From Gracilinanus agilis (taxonomy: Eukaryota), in assembly GCF_016433145.1 (NCBI RefSeq), contig NC_058133.1, positions 486,316,136 to 486,380,135 on the forward strand: 64,000 bases of DNA. Direction: 5' to 3'. Positions 1 through 42,458 of the stretch are shown here, in pieces. Positions within the stretch are counted from its first letter, which is position 1, and each line of letters begins with the position of its first letter. The notes under the pieces were generated by a model. It saw only the letters and a list, made by a program, of their open reading frames with translations. It ran no database searches and had not been told where the DNA came from. The position numbers and the translations under genes are program-made.

Positions 1-30713
<30,713 letters not shown>

Positions 30714-30732
30714 CGCGGCCCCCGTGCCGCAC

Positions 30733-30756
30733 GGCCCCGGCCCCGGCCCCGGCCCC
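30733..30756 (-). repeat. (GGGGCC)4 in BLTP2 5'UTR
   Basis: GGCCCC x4 on + strand, ending 19 nt before the ATG. Confidence 0.9.
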
Positions 30757-31954
30757 CGCGAGTTCCGTGCGGAGCCTCCGAGGGCCGACTAGCCGCCTGC
30801 GCGGGGGATGGCGCGAGGAGGAGACGCCGCGAGCCCCGCCCAGTCCCGGTCCCGACCCCTCCTCCCCCTCCCCCCCGCGGCGCCAGCGAGCGAGAGAGGG
30901 AGGGCGAAAAGGGGCAGGGCCGGTACACGTTCTTCTTCCTTAGGACGGCCCCCTCCGTCAGCCCCAGCCTCCCTCTTCCAGGCTGCAGCGCCAGTGCGAG
31001 GAGGAGGAGTCGACACACGTTCCTCTAATTTAGCTCCGCCCCCTCCCCCAGCCGCTCCATAGCGGAGGGAGGAGCCAGGAACGATGTTCGTTCCGCCCCT
31101 TTCACCTCCCCCTTCAGACGGTACCGGCTCTGGCCGACCTTCGCTGCGCGCCGAGGGAGGGCGGAGCCCAAGTCCCTGCGTGGCGTTTGTCTCACTGAAG
31201 AACTGTGCTGGGTCACTCTCCCTCCTCTGTCTCATGAGCCCCGAGAGCGAGTCCTAAGAGCTAAAGTCTGGACGGAGCCTGGAGGGACCGCTGAGGTCAG
31301 GTTCAGCCCCTCGCTTTGGATAGTCCGGGAAGGGGGAAGCGACTTGGCCAAGGTCACCCGGCTAGCGGGTGTCTGGCCAGGAGACTGGAACCTAGGCTGG
31401 CGCCACGGTAGCCTTCCCTGATATGGGCCCTTGGGCGAGTCCCCCCACTTTGGAAGACCGGTCAGGGACATTCAGTATTCCCTTCCTGGTATGGGGGCTG
31501 TCTAAGAGAAGCACCCCATGAGTCTCCCGCAGCCAAGTTCAAGGGCAATGGTGTGATCTTGCGTGATTATTCATTACCCCACGGGGAGCTGAGTTTCTTA
31601 TCTGTGATGAAGGTGGTCCTGAGTGGCCGGAGAATAAAGGGAAGAGACCACGTAGCATTGAAGAATGCCAGTGCTGGAAGGGATCCTAGGAGGGCAGCTC
31701 CCACTTCCAAAGCAGAGGGAACAGGCTCAGAGATGGGTCAGAACCGCCCCAGGAGCTGTTGCTCACTGGGCCCACGTTCTGCATCTGCAGAGTGGGAGTT
31801 GAACTCTATGGTTCTAATTAGGCAGATAAAAGAGCAACAATTTTATCATCTTTTTCCCATCCAAAGAAAAAGAAAGAAAATATCTGGAAAGCCCAACTGA
31901 TACAGTAGTTATCTTCCAGATACTAAAAAATCAAAAGAATATTACATAGCAAAT

Positions 31955-32198
31955 AATAGCAACTGGCATTTACAGAGTGCTTTAAGGTTTGCCCATTAGG
32001 TTAACTCATTTGATCCTCACAACCTCTGGGGAGAGCTGGGTGCTATTATTACCTCCATTTTTTTTTTCCACAGAGGAAGAGACTGAGGCAGACAGGTGAA
32101 ATGACTTCAGGGTCACAGAGCATCTGAGGCCATATTTGCACTCAGGTCTTCCTGGCTCCAAATCTAGTACACTGTCTATCCAGGCCACCTACCTGCCT
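31955..32198 (-). mobile_element. MIR/MAR1-like SINE
   Basis: CATTTGATCCTCACAAC...GAGACTGAGGC...AGGGTCACA. Confidence 0.75.
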
Positions 32199-33191
32199 AG
32201 AAAAGTTTGTAGAGTGCTGGATGGATCTGTTAATCAGTCATGGAGAATTAATAGTAAAACATGGATAAAGGATGGGAAAGCATGGAGGGATGGTAATCTG
32301 CACTTTGAAAGAAACACACAGATAAAACCATGAGTCATTCCAAGTACCAAAATAGGGATAGAAACACTGCATTTAGTTCATTTACCGTGGAGAGTATCTT
32401 ATTCTAGCCAGTGCCCAGTGCCCAACACTCAGCTTTGCACATTGAGCTCTTCAAACTCCTTTTCACTCACCAAACATTAAGCATCTCTGTGCACCGCATG
32501 GAACAAAGTTTAGGGGCTATAAATAAAGCATGGGCGGAATCTGGTTCCTCCCCTGCAGGAATCACTTTGTGAAACCACGATAGATACAGATGAAACAAGC
32601 CAAGTTTAATTCCTGAGGAAGCACATATTCAAAGTGCTTGACAGCGTAAGGCACCTGGGGCTCAAAGAGGAATACGATGGTAAGTTTCTTAAACTAACTT
32701 TTTTTCTACAAATATCTGCTAAGGTTTTATCTGAAACCATTTTCCTCTTATATCTTCCCCTAATAATTCTGTCTCTAGCTCAATTGTCAGCCTTCTAATA
32801 AGGTGAATAATATTACTGATTCCCAGTAAGCAAGGAAAGTCAGAGCTCAACCCTCCCGAGTTGCCCGCTCACTTATCTGGCCACTTCCCTTCTTCCAGAC
32901 AGCTGCTCACTTACATCCTCATTCTGCATCTCCCAAATTCCGTGAAGGCTGTTTAGTTATCTCTCTTTTGCTTTTCTAGTCCCAGCTCATCCCAACTCTT
33001 GCAATTTCTCCTTAGATTCCTTCAGTTTCCCTATGCCAAATTTGTTCTTATCCCTTCTTTTCCATAACACTGTTACATCTAGCCCTGCTCAAGGCCTTTT
33101 CTTCTTTGGTGAATCTAGGCAGTTAAACTGGAGAAATGGGAAGTTTTTCTGAAATCAGGGTTTCTATAGGTGGACTTTCACTATTTTATTT

Positions 33192-33391
33192 ATTTTTTAA
33201 ACCCTTACCTTCTGTCTTGGAGTCAATACTGTGTAGTGGCTCCAAGGCAGAAGAGTGGGAAGGGTAGGCAATGGGGGTCAAGTGACTTGCCCAGGGTCAC
33301 ACAGCTGGAAAGTGTCTGAGGCCAGATTTGAACCTAGGACCTCCCGTCTCTAGGTCTGGCTCTCAATCCACTGAGCTACCCAGCTGCCCCC
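33192..33391 (-). mobile_element. Young SINE1_Mdo-like SINE (long-tail variant)
   Basis: Perfect 17-bp TSD CTTTCACTATTTTATTT (33175-33191 / 33392-33408). Confidence 0.93.
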
Positions 33392-34024
33392 CTTTCACTA
33401 TTTTATTTGGATTGTGTCACTGGGAGTGGGACCAAATCTTGGACAGGGAAGGCCTAGCACAGGGTTGATGTTCTCCAAGTTAAATGTTAAGGCTGCAAAA
33501 TGAGTGAGTGGAAAAAAGCCATCCTAAAATAAAGTCAGTCTTTCTATATTCCTTGGAATCCCAGCAGATGGCAGCCACCTCCCTTCCGCCCCCATCACAC
33601 TTCTGGAATTCAGGAGCCCAATATCCCAGAATCCTCAGCTTCAGGAGTATGAGGGAGGCTGAGGACAAGAGGTGACTATTTTTCCCCATCATAGACTTAT
33701 GCTCACCCTCATATACTTAGCCTCATTTGCCTAGGTTATCTAGGGAAGTAGAGGCTGGTGCCCTTGGGATAAATGTATGACTACTGGACTCAATCATGGC
33801 CCAGGCTGCAGCAATTCACTGATCATTAAATCACACAAATTGGAGGTTTTCAAGAGGATTTGAACCTCTAGTCAAAGGTTCCTTATAGTTAAGGAAAGTG
33901 AAGACCTTACTAGATCAACAGCTGGGAGTTCCTAGTAGTTTCAAGAGGCTTTTAACAGGTAAGCAGATCTAAGAATAGGAATCCTGATTAAATGACCACT
34001 CAAAAGATTGACAATCAAATTCTT

Positions 34025-34030
34025 TTTATT
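34025..34030 (-). terminator. Candidate SDF2 polyadenylation signal AATAAA
   Basis: TTTATT on + strand, about 385 nt downstream of the SDF2 stop. Confidence 0.55.
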
Positions 34031-34415
34031 ATTACTCCTGAGAAAAAGCACATACTGGAGACTATACTCCCCTATTAACGGACTATTATGCCAAAGCTCC
34101 CAAATGAGGGGAATTTCCCATCTCCTGGAGATGTTTTCTTTGTTATTTCTTCCAACTCCAATAATCTTCTAAATGGATGAAAGGACCAGTCTCACCACTG
34201 GCAATAACTCCCACATTTAAGAGATGAAGCCAAGTCCAGGATAAGGATAGATGCATGTTGGCAGGAAGGGAGCTACTGCTCTTAAGAACGTTAGAAATTT
34301 CCCATGTTGGATCCTCACCCCAAAGATGATAAGGCAGCCACTGCTCCAATGGGGAAAGCAGTGGATATGACTCAACACTATGTGGCAAGGAAAGCCAAGC
34401 CCAGCTGTGGGGCCA

Positions 34416-34703
34416 TCAAAGCTCAACATGATGGGTTTCGGTCCGAAGCAGCTCACTGGGCTTCATGAAGATGCCTTCCATGGCTCTCCAATAGTTGTTC
34501 TGGCTTTGCTGGGCCATGCCATGTACCTCTCTTTGGCCACTAATGGGCCGGCCATACTGCTCTCCAGTGACAGACAACAACACATCGGTAGAAGCATGTT
34601 TGAAACGGACCTCATCATCCCTCACCCAGTGCGACCCGCTGCAGAGGACTGTCCAGTCATCCAGAGAGTCCCCTTCACCTTCTTCCCCAAATGCACTCAC
34701 TTC
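34416..34703 (-). CDS. SDF2: SDF2 exon 3 (to stop)
   Basis: EVSAFGEEGEGDSLDDW...ETHHVEL, TGA at 34418-34416. Confidence 0.94.
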   Translation of the reverse strand, partial: EVSAFGEEGEGDSLDDWTVLCSGSHWVRDDEVRFKHASTDVLLSVTGEQYGRPISGQREVHGMAQQSQNNYWRAMEGIFMKPSELLRTETHHVEL

Positions 34704-37700
34704 CTGGAAGCAAAATAGGGTAGAAGAATTAGCATGAGCCCCAGGAGAGATATGAGTAATGGATAAATTATAAATAGTAAAATATAAGTAGATTAAAAAA
34801 TAATGGATAAAAGAGAAAGGAGAGATGAAGGGAAGAAATAAAAAAAGGGGGAGCACTTCCACAGGAAGAACATAAGGGGGAAGAATTATGAAACAAACCC
34901 CCCTTCCCTCTCTCCTCTCTCAAAAAAAAAACAAGAATAGCCCCCAAAAGAATACAAATAAGTTAATACAAGTCAAGAAATATTTGCCTAACATCTACTG
35001 TTTATAAAGAGGGGGAGATGAAGAAGGACCTCATCCTTGTTCTCAAGGAGTTCATAACTGATTTAGGAAAGGGGGAGATGGCAAAATGTACAGAAATGGC
35101 TAAATAACTATAATACATTTAGCTTAAATGCAAGAGGGGTCAAATTGAGAAGTCTGAGAGATTCAAAGGAAAGTCAGCTTCCAAATAGTAGAGAAGGCTT
35201 TATGAAAGAGTTGGTAATGGAAGGGGAGCTTAAAAGAAGAAAAGGATTTTAATGCATAGGAGGGATTTATATCAGGAGTAGGAAACAGGGTGGGCAGATA
35301 TAAGGAAAGGACATAATGGGAGAAATAAACAGTGAGTAGAATATTTGGTTACAGCATAGGGTAGGTGAAGGGTATACTGGAAAATAATGTCAGAATATCC
35401 CAGTCAAGCCAAAATGTGAGGCCTTGAAGACAAGGCCCAAGAGTAACCAGTGGGGAGATAGTGAAAGTCTTGGTAAGTAGAACTGTTAGGCTTATGCATT
35501 AGGAAACTACTTTGGTAGTGTGTAAAGAATGAGCTAGAGAAGGGAAAGAGTGGTGGTAGACTTAGTTAGTCAATTATGATTTTTAAGTACATAGGCTGGC
35601 ACTATGCTAATTGATGGGGATACAAAAAAGAGGCAAAAAACAGTCCCAGCCCTTAAGAAGTTTATAATCTAATCGGTGAGACAACAAACTATGTACCAAC
35701 AAGCTCTAAGCAGAAAACATAGGAAATAATTAAGAGGGAAGACCCTGGAATTAAAGAGGGGATGGAAAAGACTTCCTATAGAAGGTGGGATTTTAGTTGG
35801 AAGTCTGAGAGGTCAGCAGAAGAGGAGGGAGAATATATCAGGCATCAGAACAGTCATAGAAAATGCCTGGAGCCAAAAGATAGAGGTCAATGTTATTGGA
35901 TAGTGGGGGGAAAGGGGGAGGAATTAAGGAGTAAGAAGACCAAAAAGAGGGGGCTAGGTTATAAAGGGCTTGGAATGCCAACAGAGCATTTTGTTTTTGA
36001 TCCTGGAAGCAATAGGAACTCCCAGGAGTCAACAGGGTAGGATTATAAAGTCAATACAATAGCTGTGGCAAGAAATGCCTGAAGTGCCTAAAGTTCTAAT
36101 CTATCGCAAATGATTTGTTTGGTAAAGTGGAGATGACATCAATATAACCAAATTAAGGTATAAATCTGATTTTATTTGGTAATTTTTCAGGCTTTGTGAA
36201 GTCTCTGATACCTTTGAATTATGCTGATACTGAATTCTTATATTGTATGACTTCTTATGAACTTTTACCTCAATTCCCTAATTGAATGGTAAAGTCATTA
36301 GGAGCAAGGATGGTTCTTTTCCTTCCTTTCCTTCCTTTCATCCTCCCAATGGTAACCTGGTACTACAGAATATTCCACTTTCTAAATAAAGCAAAATACT
36401 TTATTTTTTAAAATCAATTAGATTAAAGAGAAACCTCCCAATCCTTTTCTACTGAGTTGATCTCTGGTTCTCCCTCTCCTTTTTACTCCACTGAGAGCCA
36501 AATAAGCCTCCCTCTTGCCCAGAACTGGTTTTCTCCTTCAAAATAGATACATTTCTCCTAGTGAGTAAAAAGGGGAGCAAATAATCCCCCATCAAACAGG
36601 CCTGACAACCAGGAAACCAAACAATACCACTGTGTGAGGCTCTTCCAGCCCTGGGCTCACCTGGTTGCCAGAAAGGGGTGAAGAGAAATGGTGACTGTGA
36701 AGATTCCGCCCAGTATTGACATGAGTCAGTCTGATTGACTGGCCACATCTCACTGGGGTTCCTCTCTCACATACTGTAGAGGTTTTCCCTCGGATCCGCC
36801 AATAACTGTTGCTGTCGTCCACATCTGATACTCCTGTAACTGACTGCTGCCCACTGCCTGGAGAAAAATGAAGATGTTCTAGGCTCTGATTGAGAGCTAG
36901 AAGGAAATTTGGTCATCAACTAGTACAAAGGTGTCAAACTATGCAGCAAATATGTGGCAAGAACCATATTAAAATATAATTGGGAAATGTTAACAAAATC
37001 AATAAAAATGTAATAAAACACAGATAATGCTAATTTGTGGTTAATATGCCCTCATTTGACTCCCCCACACTAGAATATCTAAAACAATAATATATTTTTA
37101 AAAAAGACTGTAAAGACAGGTGGGAGCCAGATTAAGTTTTTAAATGCCAGGCTGAGGCATTTGTATTTAGCCTAAAAGGAATAGGGCACCATAGAAGATT
37201 TGAGTAGGGAAGTGACATGGTCCTCTCTGTTTTTCAGGAATGCTAATTTGGCAACTATGATAAAGATGGACTGCCCCAGAAAGAGACAAGAAATAGGGAA
37301 ACCAAGAAGATTACGGCAATGGTCTAGGAGAAAGGAAATAAAGCACTGAACTATAGTGCTTTCAGAGTGGAGAGAAGAGGTCAGAGAAGAGAGCAGATAG
37401 ACACAAAATCATTAAGTCAGCAAATGACTGCCTGTGAAGGGTGTGGCCTGATTCCAGAGATGATAAACCGAGGTGACTGAGGAAGCACAGTGAAACCCTC
37501 CACAGAAATTTAATTCTTGTATTCACACATTATGAGTGAGTTAGAAGGTATTTCCAGAGACCCTTTAGACCAGCCTTGGCAAACATTTTCAAGATTGAGT
37601 GCCCAAACTGCAATTTCATGCTGCTTGTGAGGCTTCCCTCCCCTCCTCATTACCCCAGACAGAGTAGGGAGGAAATGCTTACATTGGACAGCTAGACAAA

Positions 37701-39885
37701 GGAGTGGGGCCTGCAAAAAAATGTCCTCCATTGCTGTGGAGAGGAGGAATGGAGCAGCTCCCTCCATGCCTGGTACCATGGCTCTAGATCAGTGGTTCCC
37801 AAACTTTTTTTTGCCTACTGCCCCCTTTCCAGAAAAAATATTACTTAGCTCCTTGGAAATTAATTTTTAAAAAATTTTAATAGCAATTAATAGGAAAGAT
37901 AAATGCACCTGTGGCCATCACCCCTCTCCCCCCCCCCCCCCATCGCTGCAGACCAACTCCTTCATTTTACAGATGAGGAAACTGAGGCCCATGGAGATTA
38001 CCTAGTTTGTCCCCAAGGTTACACAAGTAATAAGGATCAGAGGCAGGATTAGAACCTGGATACTCCAACTCTAAAGCTAACTCTTTTCCCACTGTATCAT
38101 GCTAACTCCACTGAACAGGTATTTCTATGTGGAAAAGGTATGTGGCTCAACAGATAGAGAGCCAAGCCTGGAGATGGGAGTTTCTAGGTTCAAATCTGGC
38201 CTCAGAGACTTTCTAGATGTTGTTACCCTGGGAAAGTGTCTTAACCCCAATTGCCCAGCCCTTACTAACTTTCTGCCTTGGAATTGATACATAATATCAA
38301 TTCTAAGACAGAAAGCAAGTGTTTTTAAGTATCTACTATGTGCTAGAAATATAATGATAAAAATTAAACTTGTCCCTGCCCTTAAAAGAGCTTACATCTT
38401 ACTTAGAGAGGGTATTGCAACAATATGTACAGAAAGGCAAATGAAAAATATATAAATACCAATTAACTGAGGGCACTAATGATTGGAAAGTTAGCAGAAG
38501 TGAGGAAGCCCAGGAGGGAAGGGGAGGGAAGTAGAAGGTCGTGTAGAAAGAAAGTAAATTGGATTAGCTAGAAAGAGAAGTGCAGGAGTGGGAATCATAT
38601 GAAATCAATCTAGAAAGATAAAGTAGAGATATATTGGAAATCAAGCTATAAGGAATGTATTAACTCTTTACCATGGGTCAGATACTCTGCTAAGTGCTGG
38701 GGGTACAAAGAAAAATAATGCTAAAAAACAAAAGAAAGGAAATTTTCATTTTCCCTTAAAAGAAATTAGAATCCCTGAAAATTTTTGAGCTTCAGAGTGG
38801 CATTGTCAAGCCTCTTCTTTAAGATTATTTTGATAGCTGTGTGGAAAAGATGGGTTGAAGAAGGGAGAAAACTGGAAGGAAGCTCAGGAAGCCAACTAGG
38901 AACTTACTGCAACAGTCAACTGAACAAAAGTGATGGCTGCCTGAGAGGAAAGAAGACAGATGTTAGATACTGTAGGGATAGAATCAACAGGATTTGGTAA
39001 CTGATTGGATTGCCAGATTTTCTCCTCTATTAAATGAAGGAATTGGACTAGATGATTTCTAAATTCCTTTCCAGAGTTCAAGCTATAATCATTATGCATA
39101 TCAGACTCCAAGACAATCACTGGGAAGAAGCAATACTCTCCATAGGAGGTGGTCTAGATTTGTGGGGTAGGAGATGGGATAATTTTGGTTTTGGAAAGGT
39201 TGAGTTAAAGGCCTTCACTGAGCCTGCTTGCAAGCCCAATTACCTTCTGCCATTTTGGATAAACCAAAATCTTTTGGTCTTGCCCAAGCCTGGTTACTGC
39301 CCAGTGTTTGAGAAGTCCTTTCATTAACCCCCAGGGCTGTCTCCAGAGCCAAGGTCTGCCCCACTCCCTCCCACACCTCTATGAGGCCAAGGTCTCTCCA
39401 GGGGCTTTCCTATTCTCTAATTCTTCTTCCTCTCCACCCCAACTAGGTCAGCTTCAAAAGTCTCTTCTTCTCCTCCTCCAGGAACGTCCTCCTTCTGCCC
39501 TCACCAGATTCCTCGAAGTTCTGGGCTCCTCCACCCACGTGTTTTTCCGGTCTTCGCGGCCTCCAACTGGGTTTCCCCTCCCCCTCGCTTTTGGAGCACG
39601 CTCAGGCCCCGCCCCTGGGGTTCCCCACACATACACGAGACCCCGCCCCCTCTAAAGGGAGGGGACTTTTCCCGTTCTTCCCCCTTCCCGGCCCCGCCCC
39701 GTGAGCTCACCAGACCCGTAGTGTACGTCATGCGAGTGCAACCGGACGTTGTGGCGCGTGTTGAGGAGCTTCACGACAGAGCCGCAAGTGACGAGGGGCA
39801 GATCGGAAGCCCCAGCCAGGGCCAGCAACCCCCCAAACAGCAGTAGCGGCGGCACTACGGTCCCGGCCGGGCCCCACCGCCCCAT
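34416..39885 (-). CDS. SDF2: Stromal cell-derived factor 2, complete 3-exon gene, 219 aa, MIR-domain ER protein
   Basis: 175+197+288 = 660 nt; signal peptide, VTCGSVVKLLNTRHNVRLHSH and HVNTGRNLHSH MIR motifs, C-terminal HVEL. Confidence 0.97.
35020..36050 (-). mobile_element. L2 fragments
   Basis: GGGGATACAAAAAAGAGGCAAAAAACAGTCCCAGCCCTTAAGAAG-type segments. Confidence 0.6.
36661..36857 (-). CDS. SDF2: SDF2 exon 2
   Basis: SGQQSVTGVSDVDDSNSYWRIRGK...PLSGNQ; AG/GT. Confidence 0.94.
36925..37070. mobile_element. AT-rich hAT-like MER fragment
   Basis: GGTGTCAAAC...ATTAAAATATAATTGGGAAATG...CATTTGAC; family not assigned. Confidence 0.45.
37571..37781. mobile_element. hAT MITE, family related to the element at 61052
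   Basis: CAGCCTTGGCAAAC start, GAGTGCCCAAACTGC, flanked by CTTTAGAC / CTCTAGAT (6 of 8); TIRs degenerate. Confidence 0.55.
37790..37951. mobile_element. Second copy of the 193-bp hAT MITE, right end missing
   Basis: Nearly identical to 18777-18928, breaks after CTGCAG. Confidence 0.88.
37952..38105 (-). mobile_element. MIR
   Basis: CATTTTACAGATGAGGAAACTGAGGCCC core. Confidence 0.8.
38136..38328 (+). mobile_element. SINE1-like SINE
   Basis: GGTTCAAATCTGGCCTCAGA B-box region and tail. Confidence 0.8.
38330..39040 (-). mobile_element. L2 fragments
   Basis: AAGTATCTACTATGTGC...GTCCCTGCCCTTAAAAGAGCTTAC. Confidence 0.55.
39711..39885 (-). CDS. SDF2: SDF2 exon 1
   Basis: MGRWGPAGTVVPPLLLFGGLL...HYGS; donor G|GTGAGC. 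Confidence 0.92.
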
Positions 39886-40189
39886 CGCCCCGACGGAATC
39901 ACGGCTCCTCCCCGGAACCGGAAGCAGTGGGCGGAGTCAGGCCCAGGAGGAAGAGGCGCCTCCGAGCCTCAGCTCTCTATGCTCCCTCCCGCTAGAGCGC
40001 CGGGAGGAAACGGCCGGACTCGCTTGGCTCCCGTTCGCGCCCCCTCGCGGAAGCCTCCGGAGGTCACTTTTTTGCCGCCCTCCTAGGTGTTCCTCCGTCG
40101 CTCGGGCCCCCGAGAACGCCCCGCCTCGCCCCTCAGAGTGGCGGAGAAAAGGACTGCCTCCTCTCGGTGACAGTGCGCCGGAAGTGACC

Positions 40190-40300
40190 TCAGACGTCGG
40201 GGAGGGGGCACGTCGGTGTGGGGGCTCCGGACTCGTTTTCGGTGGCGCTGCCAAGCTGCGACTCCATTTTCCTCGGAGGCTCGGCGCTGCAGCGAGCTCG
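40190..40300 (+). other. SUPT6H: SUPT6H non-coding exon 1 (start approximate)
   Basis: Strong donor TCG|GTAAGG at 40300/40301 in CpG island, downstream of ETS motif; no ATG; TSS position inferred. Confidence 0.65.
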
Positions 40301-41289
40301 GTAAGGCCAGAGCGGGAGCTTGGGGGACTCCGCGGGTGGCTCGGGGTGTGGCACGACAGGGTGGGTCTCCGGGCTGAGGGCTCTGAGACCCGGGGGGGGA
40401 CTTCGTACCCGGGCTCCCCTTCACCCCCGCCCACACGCCCCTCATCGGAGCTGGTCCCCGCCGGCCACTTGTTGATTTTTCGGGGTCCCCCCTCCCGTGA
40501 GAGCCCCAGAAGGAGCCTCCCGACGGTAGTGGGGGGTAGTGAGGGCGAGGCAGGGCGGCGCCCAGTCCTGGTTCTTCTTCCTGCGGGGAGGGGGCGGCTT
40601 CCTGAAAGGGGGGATCTCGTGAAGGTGGGGAGCGGCCTCCTGCGGAGAGCTGGGGGGGAGGGGCCTCCCCAGCCCGAGATATTTCTGGCTTCGCCTGTAA
40701 CCCTCCCGCAGTGCGTCCACCGAAGCAAATAGTCGCAGCTCCCGCATCAGCTTCTCAGTGAATCCTCCTAGAGTGACTCCCTCATACCCGTAGGTCTGGG
40801 GCCAGCCTGGGACCTTTAAATTGGATCAGATCTCAGGTTTGGACTTCTTGGACCTCGTCTGACCAATACCGTCATCATCCCTCTCTGGCACCTGGCATCC
40901 ATTAAGTGCCCACTGTGTGCCAGGCACCAGTCCAGCGCTGAAGTTACCGAGAGGCCAAAAACAAAATAGTCCCACCGTCCATGAGCTCCCAATCTATAGG
41001 AGAGACCATATGTACAGGATAAACTGGGATAAAGAGGGAAAGCATCAAGATGAAAGACCGGCAGGTTTTAGCTGACACTTAAAGGATAGGAGCTAGGAAC
41101 ATTGGGGGAGAGGGAGGAATGATACAGCCAAGGAAATCACTTGGAAGTGGGAAATCAAATGTTTTATTGGTGGAACACTAGAAGGGCCAGAGCCCCTGGA
41201 AGGTACTTAACAAATGCTTATTGGCTTGATTTGTTTAGTCCAACCCCACCCCCTTTTTTTTTTTTTAACCGATTAGGAAATAGAGCCAG

Positions 41290-42400
41290 AGTGTCAATAA
41301 GCATTTATTCAGTGCTCACTATATGCTAAGTACTGTGCTGTGCAATGGGGATACAAAGAAAGACAAGAAAATAAATCCCTTGGCATCCATGAATATGCAT
41401 TTAATTGGGGAAACGACATGTAAATAATTAGATACTTCAGAGTGGGTAGACATAATCTGAAATAGAATGTTACAGTAGCTGGGAATACTGGGAAAAGGCC
41501 TTCAAAACCTGGGATTTGAGCTTCACCTTGAAGGACATTAGGAGGAAGAGATGAGCCAGAGCATTCCAGGCCTGGGGATCAACCATTGCCTCCCATGGGG
41601 GAGATGGAAAATTGAATGATTTGTTCCAAGGAATTATAAGTAGGGCAGTGTGGCTGGGTAGAACATAAAATCCTTGGAGGAAAAGGTAGGAAAGAGCCAG
41701 CTCATGAAAAGCTTTCAATTATCAGAAGACTTTCTACTTAATCTTGGAGGTAATAGGGAGTTTGTTTAGAGTGGTATAGTCTCACTTTGGCAGCTGAGGA
41801 TGCATTGGAGTAGGAAGAGATTTGAGGCAGAGAGACCTGTTTAGAAGGTTGTTGCTGTAGTGCAGAGAAGAAGGCCTAAACTAGAGTTGTGACTGAGACA
41901 GTGGAGAGAAGAGGACTTATAGGGGAAATGTGTGATGCATGTTAGAAAAGTAAAAAACAAGATTTGGGGATGTATTATATATGTAGGCTAAGTGAGATTG
42001 TGGATCTGGGTGACTGGGAGGGAATTTATCCTCCCAGGGGAAAAATACTCTGGATTATGTTTTGTTTTTGTGTTTGAGATATCTTTGCCACATCCCTAGA
42101 TATCCAAGACTAGGTGGAAATGGGTGGTTAGCTCAGTTGAGAAACTAGGGTTGAATATATATATATATGAAATAGGAATCATCTGTATAGAAATCTGTAT
42201 AAGATGCAAATGAAATCACCAAAGGAGAAAGAATAGAGGAAGAAAAGAAAGGGATTCAGGACAAACTGTTGTGGGAAACTCAACAGTGTGCATGACCTGA
42301 ATGAAGATCTAGCAAAGGAGACAAGAAGCAGTTGTTGGATAGAGAGGAGAACCAAGACAGCTGAGTCATAAAAACCTTTCAAAAGAGGTGATCGATAGTG
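41290..42400 (-). mobile_element. L2 fragment
   Basis: CAATAAGCATTTATTCAGTGCTCACTATATGC...GGGGATACAAAGAAAG. Confidence 0.65.
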
Positions 42401-42458
42401 TCAGGTGTTTCTGGTAGCTTAAGAAGGAGAGAATGGCATTGACATTTAAGAACTTATT

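Larger units (their letters stand above)
39550..40750. promoter_or_regulatory. CpG island / bidirectional promoter of SDF2 and SUPT6H
   Basis: Dense CpG; CCGGAAGTG at 40178-40186, tandem CCGGAACCGGAAG at 39912-39924, CCATTTT (YY1-like) at 40264-40270; genes diverge. Confidence 0.9.

Noticed and set aside
39749-40732. 327-aa (+) and 263-aa (-) ORFs across the SDF2/SUPT6H promoter
   Set aside because: GC-rich CpG island is poor in stop codons; peptides are low-complexity R/P/G/S with no recognisable domain and cross a clear splice donor.
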